From Psammoneis japonica (Eukaryota): DNA of 64,000 nt. Below, piece by piece: positions 23,454 to 35,898 of the stretch; position 1 is the stretch's first letter, and each line of letters opens with the position of its first letter. The notes below the pieces were generated by a model that saw nothing but the letters and a program-made list of their open reading frames with translations, was not told where the DNA came from and did no database searches. Both the position numbers and the translations under genes were made by a program. The stretch covers positions 62,001-126,000 of the forward strand of contig QPGO01000105.1 of assembly GCA_008632985.1 (NCBI GenBank). The letters run 5' to 3'.

Positions 23454-24900
23454 TCAACTGCCACTGGAACATTGTTCAGAAGCACCTTTGTCCATGGTGT
23501 GGACGGCGGTGTCGGTGTCAAACACCCACGTGTCCCAAATCGGGTCACGATTGTTGTTGCAAAGGCGCTTCTCTCGCCCAATCCTCTCACCTTCGGACAT
23601 GCACAGAAGTGGATTTTCCAAACCGCGCCACCTGCCAACATTTCAAATTGTGACAATGTTGGCACCACAGCAATGAGCCCACTGTGCTGCAGATCTTCTA
23701 ATCGAGTGACTGGAGCACACACCAAGACCAGCAGCCTTGAACAACTTCTTCAACTGTTTCACAAATGTTGAAGACCCAACCTTGCTCACAATCGGACCCG
23801 TCAACTTTCTCCACCACGAAGCTCCCAATGTTTCATCAACCAATGGATGGGGCAAAACCTCAAATCCTTGGTGTTGGCACAGAGCCGAACCTTGCACACT
23901 GGATGCTGAAGCTTGGGCCACACAGGTCGAGATTTCCAATCTGTGAATCCAACCATGACAGACCGTGGGAGCCCCTCCTTGAGACAGTCCCTCGAATCTG
24001 CAGGCAGCTCCAAGTTCTCAAAGTGAGGACAGAACTGAGTTGCATCTGACGAGCATGCAATCAAACCCATCACCAACAAAAAGCAAGCCCAAACCTGCAC
24101 ATGAGTGTTGCAGTTCCTGAAGATCTTGGTCCCAAAACAAGCGTCAAACAGCCTTGGCAGTTCTTTCTCAAACTCAATGACCCATGCCTGTGCTGGGACT
24201 GACTGTCCTTCCAAGTCTTTCATGAGCTTCTTGGCATCAGCATTCCTTTTGAATGGACCATGGCCAAATTGAATGAGAGTGCCAGATGTTGTTCCAAGGG
24301 TTCCTCGTGTGGAGCTGCACTTGTTCTTGCGGCCATCTGCTCCATGAATCGCGCTCTTGCTTGACATGTGCCTGATGCAGCTGCACACCAGTGGATTTGC
24401 AGGAGCAAGGATTTTTTCAAGTTGGCCTTGGGCTGGGTTGCTCACATGGCTTAGAAACTGTGCACATTCGCTCTCAGGATGAAGCAAGAGGACAAAGCAC
24501 TCGAAATTGTCTTGGCAAGTGACACGCCACGAGCCCAAGTTGATGTTGTGAGGAGCATGATGTGGGAACTCTGCGGTGTCCACAAGTCTTTCATCAAGCT
24601 CAGTTCTAGCAGTTTCTTCATCCTGATGTCCCACTTCTCGACCGAATCGATGGACTCGCGAGTCAATTTCACGTTTGGGCTTCTTGCCGGGAGTCGTCAT
24701 GACATGGCACTCTCATGTCGAACCCAACGGTTGCTGCTGTTGTCGAAACAATGGCAGATGCGGAATTCTTTCGAGCCCGTTGCCGGCAGTGGCACATTCT
24801 TTTTGGCCTTGTTCTTTCCTTCACTCGATTTGTGTTTTGGTGTTCCAGCTGCAGAGTGCGCCACCTTCTTGGCCCCCGTTCGTTTCTTTGTTTTTCCCAT
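23454..24900 (-). pseudogene. Tyrosine recombinase/integrase pseudogene
   Basis: LIA(C=R)SSD at 24053-24055, DLRFCPIHWL, HSIRRSAAQWA (HxxR, 23694-23708) and GRW...LL(C=Y)M (23601-23603) give the R..HxxR..W..Y catalytic series. Internal TGA stops and frameshifts. Confidence 0.8.
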
Positions 24901-25445
24901 CGTCGTGATGCGAAACAAAATCGAAAAAACACGAGAAAAATGAATCGAGCGAGGCTCTTGACGCAACACACTGGGACCCACGCAAGGCTGCAGGAGCACG
25001 CCAGAGCCTGCTGAAATTCCACTAAAACTGGGTCACGAGTGAAAGTGGCGCGACCACCAAAGATTCAGTTTGTCGGAGCTCGACGCGAGTGCGCGATTTC
25101 CGGTGAGAAAACCGTTAATCAACGGCAATCAGCCCCCCATCAATCAAGAAAAGTGCGCGAAACGCGCACTGACTTTTTGCGCGCGCGGCTCCATATCTGC
25201 GTCTGTCCACCATTCCACTTCGTTGAAACATTTTCAAAAATACAAATCTTGATATTTGGTAATTCAAATCCATTTTCAAAGCGCGCTGTCGTGATGCTCT
25301 GTAGAATTTGTGCTGACTTTCACATCCATGGCATTCGGATCCCATTGTGACGTACAATTCTACGCGTGGCGTCGTACTCGCACCGCGACAACACGAGAGG
25401 CGCACCTGCCAATTTTTTTTCATTTCAGTCCAGCCTCCTTTCACC

Positions 25446-28400
25446 ATGGGCCGGTGGTCGTTGGCGCTGTCCGTTCTCTTGGTTCTGGCACAACATCATG
25501 AGTCATCAGATGCTTTTGTACCACCAATTCTAAAGTCACGTTATCAGAATACTCGATTATGGATTGGATCCTCGATTTCGGGCGGCAATGATCCTGAGGA
25601 CGATGAGAAAAGAAGATCGAAAAAGGAGGGGCCTGAAAAAACAGGTGGCAGAGGCGGTACTATGGTGGTGGGATAAAGGGATTTCCACAGAATGTTCCAG
25701 TGACAAAGCAGGAGACCCATACAGACCTACAGACAAACGCAGCAAACGATCTTCCAATAATGCTGATCGGCAGGCTTTCAGTCCACTCGGAGGAAACGCA
25801 GCCTTTCCACCAACATTTAGCCGAGAAACACCTCTTTCAGGCACCGGTATGCCACCTCAGACACGTAATACTGGCATACAGCAACAACCACCTGCTGATG
25901 TTTCGGGTCAATTGACACCTCTCAATCAATTTGAAAAAGGCAATCCCTTTTATGAAGTATCCTCGATTGATAACGTAACAGACGAAGAGGTGGCGGAAGC
26001 ACTCGAGTATTTTATCAAGAATGAAAAAGACAATGAAGATTTCAAGAGAATGACCTTTGAAGAGCGTATTGCCTTTGCAACGGCGGCTGTGCTAGACAAG
26101 TTGCCCGATACTATGCAACAACAGCAACAACAAAGATTGTCAGAACAGCAAAGTGCGGATACTACACTCTCGGCAGATGGTGATTGGCCACAAACGACGG
26201 GTCCAGCAATTCCGTATGGAGAATCCGCAGCAGATATTACAGATAATGACGAGTCGGATGCCATTTCAGAGGAAACCATTCATGAATTACTAAAGCTGGT
26301 GAAACAGAGTGGAAACGAACCAGACAAGCCCTTTATGGATGCCTTGTACAGCGCACTCGGGAGCTTGCAAAAGAAATCTTCAGAAGAATCAGAGGAATCC
26401 GATATGCTTCGTGACTTTGCCTCTGATCAAGTAAAGGACCTTATGAAAAAGGGAGGTTCATCAGAGCCTGATGTGAAGCCAGAAGAACAAGAAGCTTCGG
26501 CTCCAGAACCAACCGGATCGGACACGACGGAGGATTCAGGATCTGGTATGCTTCGTGATTTTGTATCAGACGAAGTAAAGGAACTCATGAAGGAGATTTC
26601 AGAGTCAAACGAAGATCCCACCGGGTTGGAACCAACGCAAGAGGAATCCGGATCCGGTATGCTCCGTGATTTGGTATCCGATGAAGTAAAGGAACTCATG
26701 AAGGAGATTTCAGAGTCAAGCGCTCTTGATACGCCGCCAGAAAAGGAGAAGGCAGGAGCAAAGCCCGCGGGTAAATTTCCAGGACCAGGCGGCTTGGGTG
26801 GAATTGGTGGGCTGTCGAAAGATACTCTGTCGTCTGCAAAGGAATCAAAAACGCCAGAGACTTTAGAAATCAAGAGTCCATTCGGAACATCCCAGAGTAA
26901 ACCGCCCGCACCATTTTCACCTGGACAAGGGCTATCGGGTGATAAGGATGGGTCCGAGAAGAAGAGCCCGTTCGGACCACCAAGCGGAGGTATAAAGCCA
27001 CAACCACAGTTTCCCTCAGGACCAGGTTTGTCGGGCGACAAAATTGGGAACAAGAGTAAAAGCCCTTTTGGACCACCAACTGGCTTGGGTGGCGGTATTA
27101 AACCTCCTTTGTCATCTGGACCGGGTTTGTCTAGCGATAAGACCTCTACCGGAGGTATGAAAACGTCACCGTTTCCTTCAGGTCCAGGTTTGTCGAGTGA
27201 TCCATCTGACATAAAAGGTTCGCCTTTTTCATCGGGCCCGGGTTTGTCTACTGGAAAAGACTCTACCGAAGGCAGCAAGCCATCACCATTTTCATCGGGG
27301 CCGGGCTTGTCAAGTGACAAAATCAAAAACGGAGAGAAGTCTTCTGGACCACCAGCTGGCTTAGGTGGCGGTATAAAATCCCCTTTGTCATCAGGACCAG
27401 GTTTGTCTAGCGATAAGACCTCTACCGGAGGTATGAAACCGTCACCGTTTCCGTCTGGGCCAGGTTTGTCGAGTGATCCATCTGACATAAAAGGTACACC
27501 ATTGTCATCGGGCCCGGGTTTGTCTAGCGAAAAAGACTCTACCGGAGGTACCAAGCCATCGCCGTTTTCATCGGGGCCAGGTTCGTCTAACGACGAAAGC
27601 AAAAGCGGAGAGAAATTTGCTGGACCCTCGGCTAGCTTAGGTGGTGGTATAAAATCCCCTTTGTCATCAGGGCCCGGTTTGTCGAGCGATAAAAGCTCTA
27701 CCGGTGGTTTCAAACCGCCGCCGTTTCCGTCAGGGCCAGCTTTGGCGAGTGATAAACCATCTGACCTGAAAGGTTCTGTGAAGCCTTCACCGTTTTCATC
27801 GGGGCCAGGTTTATCTAGCGAAAAAGACTCTGCCAAAGGTACGAGGCCATCGCCATTTTCATCGGGGCCGGGTTTGTCAAGTGACAAAATCAAAAGCGGA
27901 GAGGAATCATCTGGACCACCAACTGGCTTAGGTGGTGGTATAAAATCCCCTTTGTCATCAGGGCCCGGTTTGTCGAGCGATAAAAGCTCCACCGGTGGTT
28001 TTAAACCGCCGCCGTTTCCGTCAGGGCCAGCTTCGGCGAGTGATAAACCATCTGTCCTAAAAGGTTCGGTGAAGCCTTCACCGTTTTCATCGGGGTCAGG
28101 TTTGTCTAGCGATAAAGACTCTATCGACGGTACCAAACCACCACCATTTTCATCGGGGCCGGGTTTGTCTAGCGACGAAAGCAAAAGCGGAGAGAAATCT
28201 TCTGGACCCTCGGCTGGCTTAGGTGGTGGTATAAAATCCCCTTTGTCATCAGGGCCCGGTTTGTCGAGCGATAAAAGCTCTACCGGTGGTTTTAAACCGC
28301 CGCCGTTTCCGTCAGGGCCAGCTTCGGCGAGTGATAAACCATCTGACCTAAAAGGTTCGGTGAAGCCTTCACCGTTTTCATCGGGGTCAGGTTTGTCTAG

Positions 28401-31400
28401 CGATAAAGACTCTATCGACGGTACCAAACCACCACCATTTTCATCTGGGCCGGGTTTGTCTGGCGACGAAAGCAAAAGTGGGGAGGAATCTTCTGGACCA
28501 CCAACTGGCTTAGGTGGTGGCAACAAATCCCCTTTATCATCAGGGCCCGGTTTGTCTAGGGATGAAAGCTCAACCGGAGGTATGAAACCGCCACCGTTTT
28601 CGTCAGGGCCCGGTTTGTCGAGCGATAAAAGCTCTACCGGTGGTTTCAAACCGCCGCCGTTTCCGTCAGGGCCAGCTTCGGCGAGTGATAAACCATCTGA
28701 CCTAAAAGGTTCGGTGAAGCCTCCGCCGTTTTCATCGGGGCCAGGTTTGTCTAGCGATAAAGACTCTACCGACGGTACCAAGCCATCACCATTTTCATCG
28801 GGGCCGGGTTTTTCTAGCGACGAAAGCAAAAGCGGAGAGAAGTCTTCTGAACCTCCAGCTGGCTTAGGCGGTGGCACTAAACCCCCTTTGTCATCAGGAC
28901 CAGGTTTGTCTAGCGATGAAAGCTCAACCGGAGGTACGAAACCGCCACCGTTTTCGTCAGGGCCCGGTTTGTCGAGTGATAAACCATCTGAACTAAAAGG
29001 TTCGGCTTTCACATCGGGAGCGGGTTTGTCTAGCGAAAAAGACTCTACTGAAGGTACCAAGCCATCACCATTTTCATCGGGGCCGGGTTTGTCTGGCGAC
29101 AAAAGCAAAAGCGGAGAGAAATCCTCTGGACCACCAACTGGCTTAGGTGGTGGCACTAAACCCCCTCTCTCATCAGGGCCCGGTTTGTCTAGCGATAAAA
29201 GCTCTACCGGAGGTATGAAACCGCCACCGTTTCCGTCAGGGCCTGTGTCGAGTGAGAAGTCATCTGTCGAAAAGAGTTTTGGAAAGCCTTCACCGTTTTC
29301 ATCGGGCCCGGTTTTGTCTAGTGATAAAGGCTCTGCTGGAAGTAACAAGTCATCGCCTTTCTCGTCAGGACCCGGTTTGTCCAGTGGTACAGGTAAGAGC
29401 GACGAAAGCTCCGCAGGACCGGCAACTACTGACCAGACGAGCGCTCCAGATTCGTTAAATGATATAAGCAAGTCCGGAGATGGTGCTACTGCATCTCCGT
29501 TTGGCCTCAGTGGCGGCATTAAGTCACCTCCATTTACGTCCGGGCCAGGCTTTTTGAGCAATAAAACCAAGAGCGACGACAAAGCATCTGGAACTCCAAC
29601 TGGCCTTAGTGTCGACAAGCTTGGCGTTGGACAAGGCTCTGATGAGAAAGCCGCGCTTGATAAAGGCTTGATAAAAGAGGATGAGTCGTCAAGGAACGAC
29701 GATGATGAACCGGAGACTACGGCATCCGGCGAAAAGAGTGTTGGAAAGCCTTCACCGTTTTCATCAGGGCCAGGTTTGTCTAGCGATAAAGGCTCTACAA
29801 AGCCACCACCGTTTTCATCAGGGCCGGGTTTGTCAAGTGACAAAAGCAAAATCGGAGAAAGATCATCTGGACCTCCAATGGGCCTAAGTGGTGGTATAAA
29901 GCCGCCTCTGTCAGCAGGGTCAGGTTTGTCTAGCGACAAAAGCTCTACGGGAGACATGAAACCGCCACCGCTCCCGTCAGGGCCCGGCTTGTCGAGTGAT
30001 AAACCATCCGACCAAAAAGCTTCACCGTTTTCGTCGGGGCCAGGTTTGTCAAGTGATGATGGTCCAGCTACTAAGCCGTCACCTTTCTCATCGGGGCCGG
30101 GTTTGTCAAGTGACAAAAGCAAAAGCGGAGACAAATCTTCAGGACCTCCAGTGGGCCTAAGCGGTGGTGTAAAGCCCCCTATGTCATCAGGGCCTGTTTT
30201 GTCTAGCGATAAGAGCTCTACCGGAGGTTTGAAACCACAGGCGTTTCCGTCAGGGCCAGGTTTGGCGAGTGACAAGTCATCTGGCGAAAAGAGTTTTGGA
30301 AAGCCTTCACCGTTTTCATCGGGGCCGGGTTCATCGACCGCCGGAGGAACCAAGCCATCACCGTTCTCGTCAGCAACTGGTTTGTCCAGTGGAACTAGCA
30401 AGGGCGCCGAAAGCTCCACAGCACCACCAGCTGACCAAAAAAGTGATAAAACCGAGTCCGGTGATAGCGCCACTGGATCTCCGTTTGGCCCCAGTGGTGG
30501 CATGAAGTCAACATCATTAACTTCAGGGCCAGACTTGTCGAGTGGTAAAACGAAGAGTGCCGACAAAGTGTCTTCTGGACCCCCAATCGGTCTAAGTGGC
30601 GGGTTAAAGTCTTCGCCATTTTCATCCGCGCCAGGTTTGTCTAGCGATAAAAACTCAACTGGAGTGGTCAAGACACCACCGTTCTCGTCGGGACCAGGTT
30701 TGTCGAATGATACGAAGGATAGCAAAGAGAGCTCCACAGGCTCTCCGTTTGGCCTTAGCAGTGGCATGAAGTCGCCACCGCTAACGTCGGGACCAAGCCT
30801 TTCGAGCGATAAAACGAAGAGCGGCGGAAAGTCTTCCGGACCTCCAATTGGTCTAAGCGGTGGTATGAAGTCTCCTCCGTTTGCATCGGGGCCCGATTTG
30901 TCGATCGATAAAAGCTCTTCCGGAGGAACCAAGCAATCACCTTTCTCGTCAGGACCAGATTTGTCAAGTGATACAAAAAAGAGTAGCGACAGCTCCGCGG
31001 GACCACCAACTGGCTTCAAGAGCGGGTCAGATTTGTCCGGTGACAAAACCACGTCTAAGGATAGCTCTGCTGGATCTCCTTTTGGCCTTAGTGGCGGTAA
31101 CAAGTCACCAGCGTTTACTTCGGGGTCAGGTTTGTCTACCGGTGGCGATAAAACCACGACCGCCAAAAGTTCTGACACACCTCCAACTGGCCTCAGTGGC
31201 GGCATAGAGACCGGTCTTTCGAGCGACAAGTTGGGCAAGGGACAAGGCTCTGATGAGAAACCGCTGTCGGCGACCGATGTTGAACCGGAAAGGACGATGT
31301 CAACAGAAAATACTGCTGAACTGGAAATGTCGTCTGATTTCGAGGATACAGATGGTGAAGCGTCCTCCATTGATTTGGAACCAGAACTTTCGGAGGTAAT

Positions 31401-33599
31401 AGATGCTGGTCCTTCGTCAACTGAAATTGTGGACGCAGAGATATTGTCAGAATCGACAGAAACGGACGAAAAGGATAGCTCGCATATGGACCTTTCAGCA
31501 GCTAAAGAAACTGACGCCGAGGAGGACGAAGAAGCGGAAGTCGAAAGTGTACAACCAGAGCTTTCCTCTGAGGACAACGATAGTTTGAATTCCTCCGAGA
31601 AGGACAAAGCAGGCGACGATGGTTCGGAACCGGAGCTTTCCTCAGAGAAGAGCGACACAAAAGAAGACAAGGTAGGATCAAAGATTTTCGCGGACGGGGA
31701 CGAAACAGACAACGGTAATTCTGACGCGGACGAAGAAGCGGAAGACGCCAGTGTAGGACCGGAGCTTTCTGTGGAGGATGAAGAAGCGGACGTTGGCGAT
31801 AACAGTGAGCAACAAGAGCTTTCCGCCATGAAAACTAAAAAGGAAGAAGATCGCGTGCAACTTGAGCTTCCCGTAGATGAGGACAAAGCTGACGACGATT
31901 CTTTGAAAAGTTCTGTTTCGCTTGATTTGAAGGACAAAGACGACGCTCTATTGACTGATAAGTTCGAGCCTGAACTGACAGAATCTGTAGTCGACGGTGG
32001 AGAAAGTGCAGATGAAGGCGAAGATCTGCCAGAACCGGAGAGTTCACCGCCAGAGATTTCTTCCGAAGCAGTCGAGAAGAAAACCGACATCGGATCTTCG
32101 ACACTAGAATCTCTAGACGAAAAAGCATCACGCAAGCTTGCTGCTGGCGCCAAAGCTTCAGATGACGGCAAACCAGAAGCCCTCACTTTTTTCATGGATC
32201 AAGCAAATTCGGAGGATGATTCACGCATGAAGCAAGACGTTGCAGAACGCCTTGCGCCTACTCTGGCTGCTGCTTTTCGGGCAAGCGCTGACTACGACGG
32301 CGCCCGGGATAATTTGTTGAACGCACAAGACAAGGCAGAAAGGCGTATAAGTCAGAGTGAATTTTACAAACGAAAAGCAGCTGAGAAAATAGCTGAGTTG
32401 GAACGGGAATTGGAAGGAAAGCTCAAAGAGACGCAGGAAATGGTCGACAAAGAGGTACGTTGTAATCAGTCTGCCGCTGCTTGCCATTAGCGGTTGATTC
32501 ATCCTTTTAATCCCTATTGTCTTCTTGTTATTGCTAGATTGTGAAAATGATTCAAATGCTTCAAGTAGAAGTCGAATTGGAAGGACAGCGAGAATCTCAA
32601 ATCATGGACTTCATGACCTCACTAGAAGACTCGATTATTTCTAAAGAAGAAGATATCAACTACTACTTGGACATTGAAGAACAAATGTCAGAGCTCTACG
32701 AGAAGCTTGAGTCTAGTCCTGGCGCAACCCAGATCTATGAATTGATGGTTGAAAAGCGCAATTTGGCTGCTGCTGATAAGAAGATCCTGGGCACCTTGAA
32801 GGTATGCAGAGATGAACTAAGCGAAGTTCTCAAAGATGCTCGCGCTCGCGCAGAACGCACAATAATGGTCAAGGACAGTTTAGTATCACCCCTAGAGATG
32901 GAAGGTCTTGAGTATGAATGGGAAGACGTAGAAGATGTCGTCGAACTCCTCGACGAGGCCACAGATAGTGTGATTGACTCAGAAGTGAAAATGCAAGAGA
33001 TTCGTGAGCGCGTTAACGCAGCTTTCGGGGACAAGTCCAAAATACGAGGAGAAGCCGTTCCCAAGATGCTACAGAAGACGGGATTTGGAATCTCCAGAAC
33101 TGGCAAGACTAATGCACTTTTCGAAACCACTCATGACGTAGTGAACTTGAGTGACTTGGAGGATAAAAATGAGGCAGAGCTGCTGGGTGTTCTTGGAAAC
33201 GCACTTGGAAAGACTGCTACGGGAGCAGCCAAGGCAGCTGCATTTGGCCTCAAAGCTATATTCGACGCAGTGACCGATGAGGAAGTTTCTGAAGCGAGAA
33301 GGGAAGTAATCGAGAAATCATCAGAGGTGTCTGGAGCAGCTAAAAACATAAAGTCACCCAAGGACCTTGCAAGGGGTGAAGTGTTGAAGGATTCTGCTAA
33401 GTCGACTGGAGAGGTGTTGGGGGCGGTTGGAAAGACAGGAATGAAGATAGTGTCCACCGTTGGAAAGAAGGAATCGGCGCAAGAGGCTTCTACTGCACTT
33501 AAAGAAACCACCCAGGACCTTCGTTCTACTATCAATGCCGTCGCTGCCTTGACTGCGAAATACTTGAGGAAGAAGAAAGATCGCGAGGAGGAAAAGTAA
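25446..33599 (+). CDS. Very large (~2700 aa) putatively plastid-targeted, S/G/P/K-rich repeat protein with acidic region and C-terminal coiled coil
   Basis: Leader MGRWSLALSVLLVLAQHHESSDAF-VP (signal peptide plus ASAF-type motif). An unresolved frame change near 25660 (frameshift or small intron) leads into the 2308-aa ORF. A phase-0 GT-AG intron at 32455-32537 joins it to ORF 32538-33599. Confidence 0.8.
26990..31150 (+). repeat. Coding tandem repeats: about 50 copies of (S/P)P(F/L)SSGPGLSSDK, in part as 97-aa (291-bp) super-repeats
   Basis: Hand count of about 50 motifs in the translation. AAAAGCGGAGAG blocks at 27601 and 27892 are 291 bp apart. Confidence 0.92.
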
Positions 33600-33873
33600 A
33601 CCCGTTTTTGATAGTACTGCGAGAGCGAGATTCTTCATCATGAACTTCCACTGCACGCATTAATAATGATTGGAGCGGCATGATTGGCTCCAGCAAGACA
33701 TAACATTGACGATCCAGCTAGGGAATCAATTAATGACCAAACAAAGCACATCCTGTAGACATAAAGAAAGTATATTACTAATCATGAAGCAAGTATGACT
33801 AACAATCATCGATCTTGCTGTGCAATGTCGCTTTGGGCGGCGGAACAAATTCAATAGCGCTCGTGTCGCACTT

Positions 33874-35341
33874 TTACGACTTCTCTTTCATCAAAGCCCT
33901 GCAAATGGCAACGTTGTCTTGAGCAGCGTTGACAATCTCACTTCTGTCTCCGAGAATTGATTTTAGCACCTTACGTACAGCGGCAAACAATGAAAAGACT
34001 CTGTGAGAAGCACGACCTTGAGCAATGACGGTGAGGAATTCCGAATGACAGCACTGCGCTTACCAAAGCAGACTGCTCCATTGTTTCCTGCATATGAGTT
34101 TCGCCTCCAGATAGTTTGGCGAGGCTCAAGTTTAGCTTTGTAATGTTGTGCTGTAAATCCGCAGATTCTTGTTCATCGCAAGCAGAGTCAGAACGACCAA
34201 TGACGCGTTGGATAACTAGCGCCTTTCGCAAAAAGGACAAGGCCGACTTTGAATCTCCCTTGAGAAAGTGAATACATCCAATATTGTTTAGAATGCAAGG
34301 AATAGTGGAATCGCTGCTCGACCAACAGTTTCCTCCTTCCAACAGTGCAAGCGCTGTATTGAGAGTCGAAAGGGAATCATCGAATTCACCGTTTGCGTAC
34401 AAGGCAACGCCCAACTCGTTGAAAGCATCCTGCATTTTGCAGTGACATGAAAGACGCTATCCATTAGAGTTATGCTCACGTGCAAGAAGAAGCTCTTATA
34501 CACAAGAAAATTTACATACCAATAGTTCTGTGCTTTTGGATCCGAAACACTTTTGTTTCGCCAAGAGATATCCTTGGAAGCAATCAGTGGCTTGTTCGTT
34601 TTGACCACGCATGAGGTGAAGAACCGCCTCGTTTTTCGTTTCCATTGCAACAAAGAGATCTCCTTCGCCTCTCTTTTCTGTTTCCTCCCTCACGGTTGTC
34701 TCTACAATCTCCAAGCCTTTTGCGAAATCTCGCTCCTGAAGATAGCAAACGGAAACACTGAGAACTCGCATTGATATGATTCGAAGACACACCTATGCAG
34801 TCATCCACTGTACCTTGAGTATTTTGAGAAGCTCCAACTCCTTCCTTGATAAGTGTTGTTGATGAGACGTTCCATCTTTGCTGTTGCGCTTTACCTTCTT
34901 GAGACGTTTCGTGGATAGATTTTGTTGAAGACCGGTATGAGAACTGATGTCAGGCGCTTCAATATTCTCCTGATGCCGTGCCAAATCCATGGCGGCATTG
35001 ACTAGCTTTTCATGTTCAGACGTAGTAATACTTTGAGACTCGTACGAAACCTTACCAATCAAAATGTTGGAAACTACGCGCTGTTTCCACATTTCTGTTG
35101 CCTGCTCCAAGAATAGAGCTCCAGCATCTTGAGAATCGTCACCAAGTCTACCAAGAGAAATGAGTTGGAGGCCTTCCAATACACAAAAGGAAAGAGAATC
35201 TCTCGAAGTGGCGTCAAAGTCATTGACACCGACGCAGCAAGATGGCAACCACTTGCACATGAGTGAGCCATCATCTTCTTGGTTCGCCTTGGCGTTTACG
35301 ACAGACGTGTTGACGGACAAAACAGCATCGCCTTCGTCCAT
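33874..35341 (-). CDS. TPR-repeat protein (kinesin-light-chain-like repeats), 4 exons
   Basis: Exon peptides AFNELGVALYANGEFDDSL, ILNNIGCIHFLKGDSKSALSFLRKALVIQR and VLKSILGDRSEIV. GT-AG introns near 34810-34740, 34518-34436 and 34063-33970. Confidence 0.7.
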
Positions 35342-35898
35342 CTTTGCTTGACAATTCTCTTCACGTTTCCTTCTGAACGATCTATCCAATACAGTACAAT
35401 AGTTCTTCTTATGTTTACCTCTCTGATATGTTCTTTTCTTGTACCGTAGCAACAGAAGGTGGAAAAAAAAGAAGCGGCGAGAGCAAAATGTGACCAGCTC
35501 GCGACGGAATTCAAAACGGCTGTCACGCTTTCTTCAGCTCTTAATAAGTCTAAGTAATTTTCCTTTCGTATATTATTTATTGTTCTGTTTGTCATTTAGT
35601 TCATATACGAATAAGAACAATATTTCCGTTGTTATCAATTTTTTTCGAGACGAGTCACAGCAGCGGGCTCAAACGTTAAACGGATAATACTAACCTAGAA
35701 GGGTGGATATAATATATAAAATTGGAAAGATACTGACGTCATCGAAAGATTTTCTGCCGCCACGCTGTTGCGGATCGAGAAAGGATTTGATGACAACAGC
35801 AACAGTCGAGCGTTGTTGTTGTGGTCGCTATTTCGAGAAGATACTTTCAACAAGGTTGCCCAGATACAACAAAGACTCTGCTATAGCGGTGTGTAACC

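Larger units (their letters stand above)
21900..25000. mobile_element. Decayed tyrosine-recombinase (Crypton-like) element with two convergent genes; also TpA-depleted domain 2
   Basis: A YR pseudogene on the - strand and an unknown ORF on the + strand converge near 23400-23450. The whole block is TA-depleted and lies between two normal host genes. Termini not identified. Confidence 0.65.

Noticed and set aside
26427..32195. 1922-aa antisense ORF
   Set aside because: It is a shadow of the repetitive sense ORF; the + strand has the targeting leader, the spliced intron and a coherent C-terminus.
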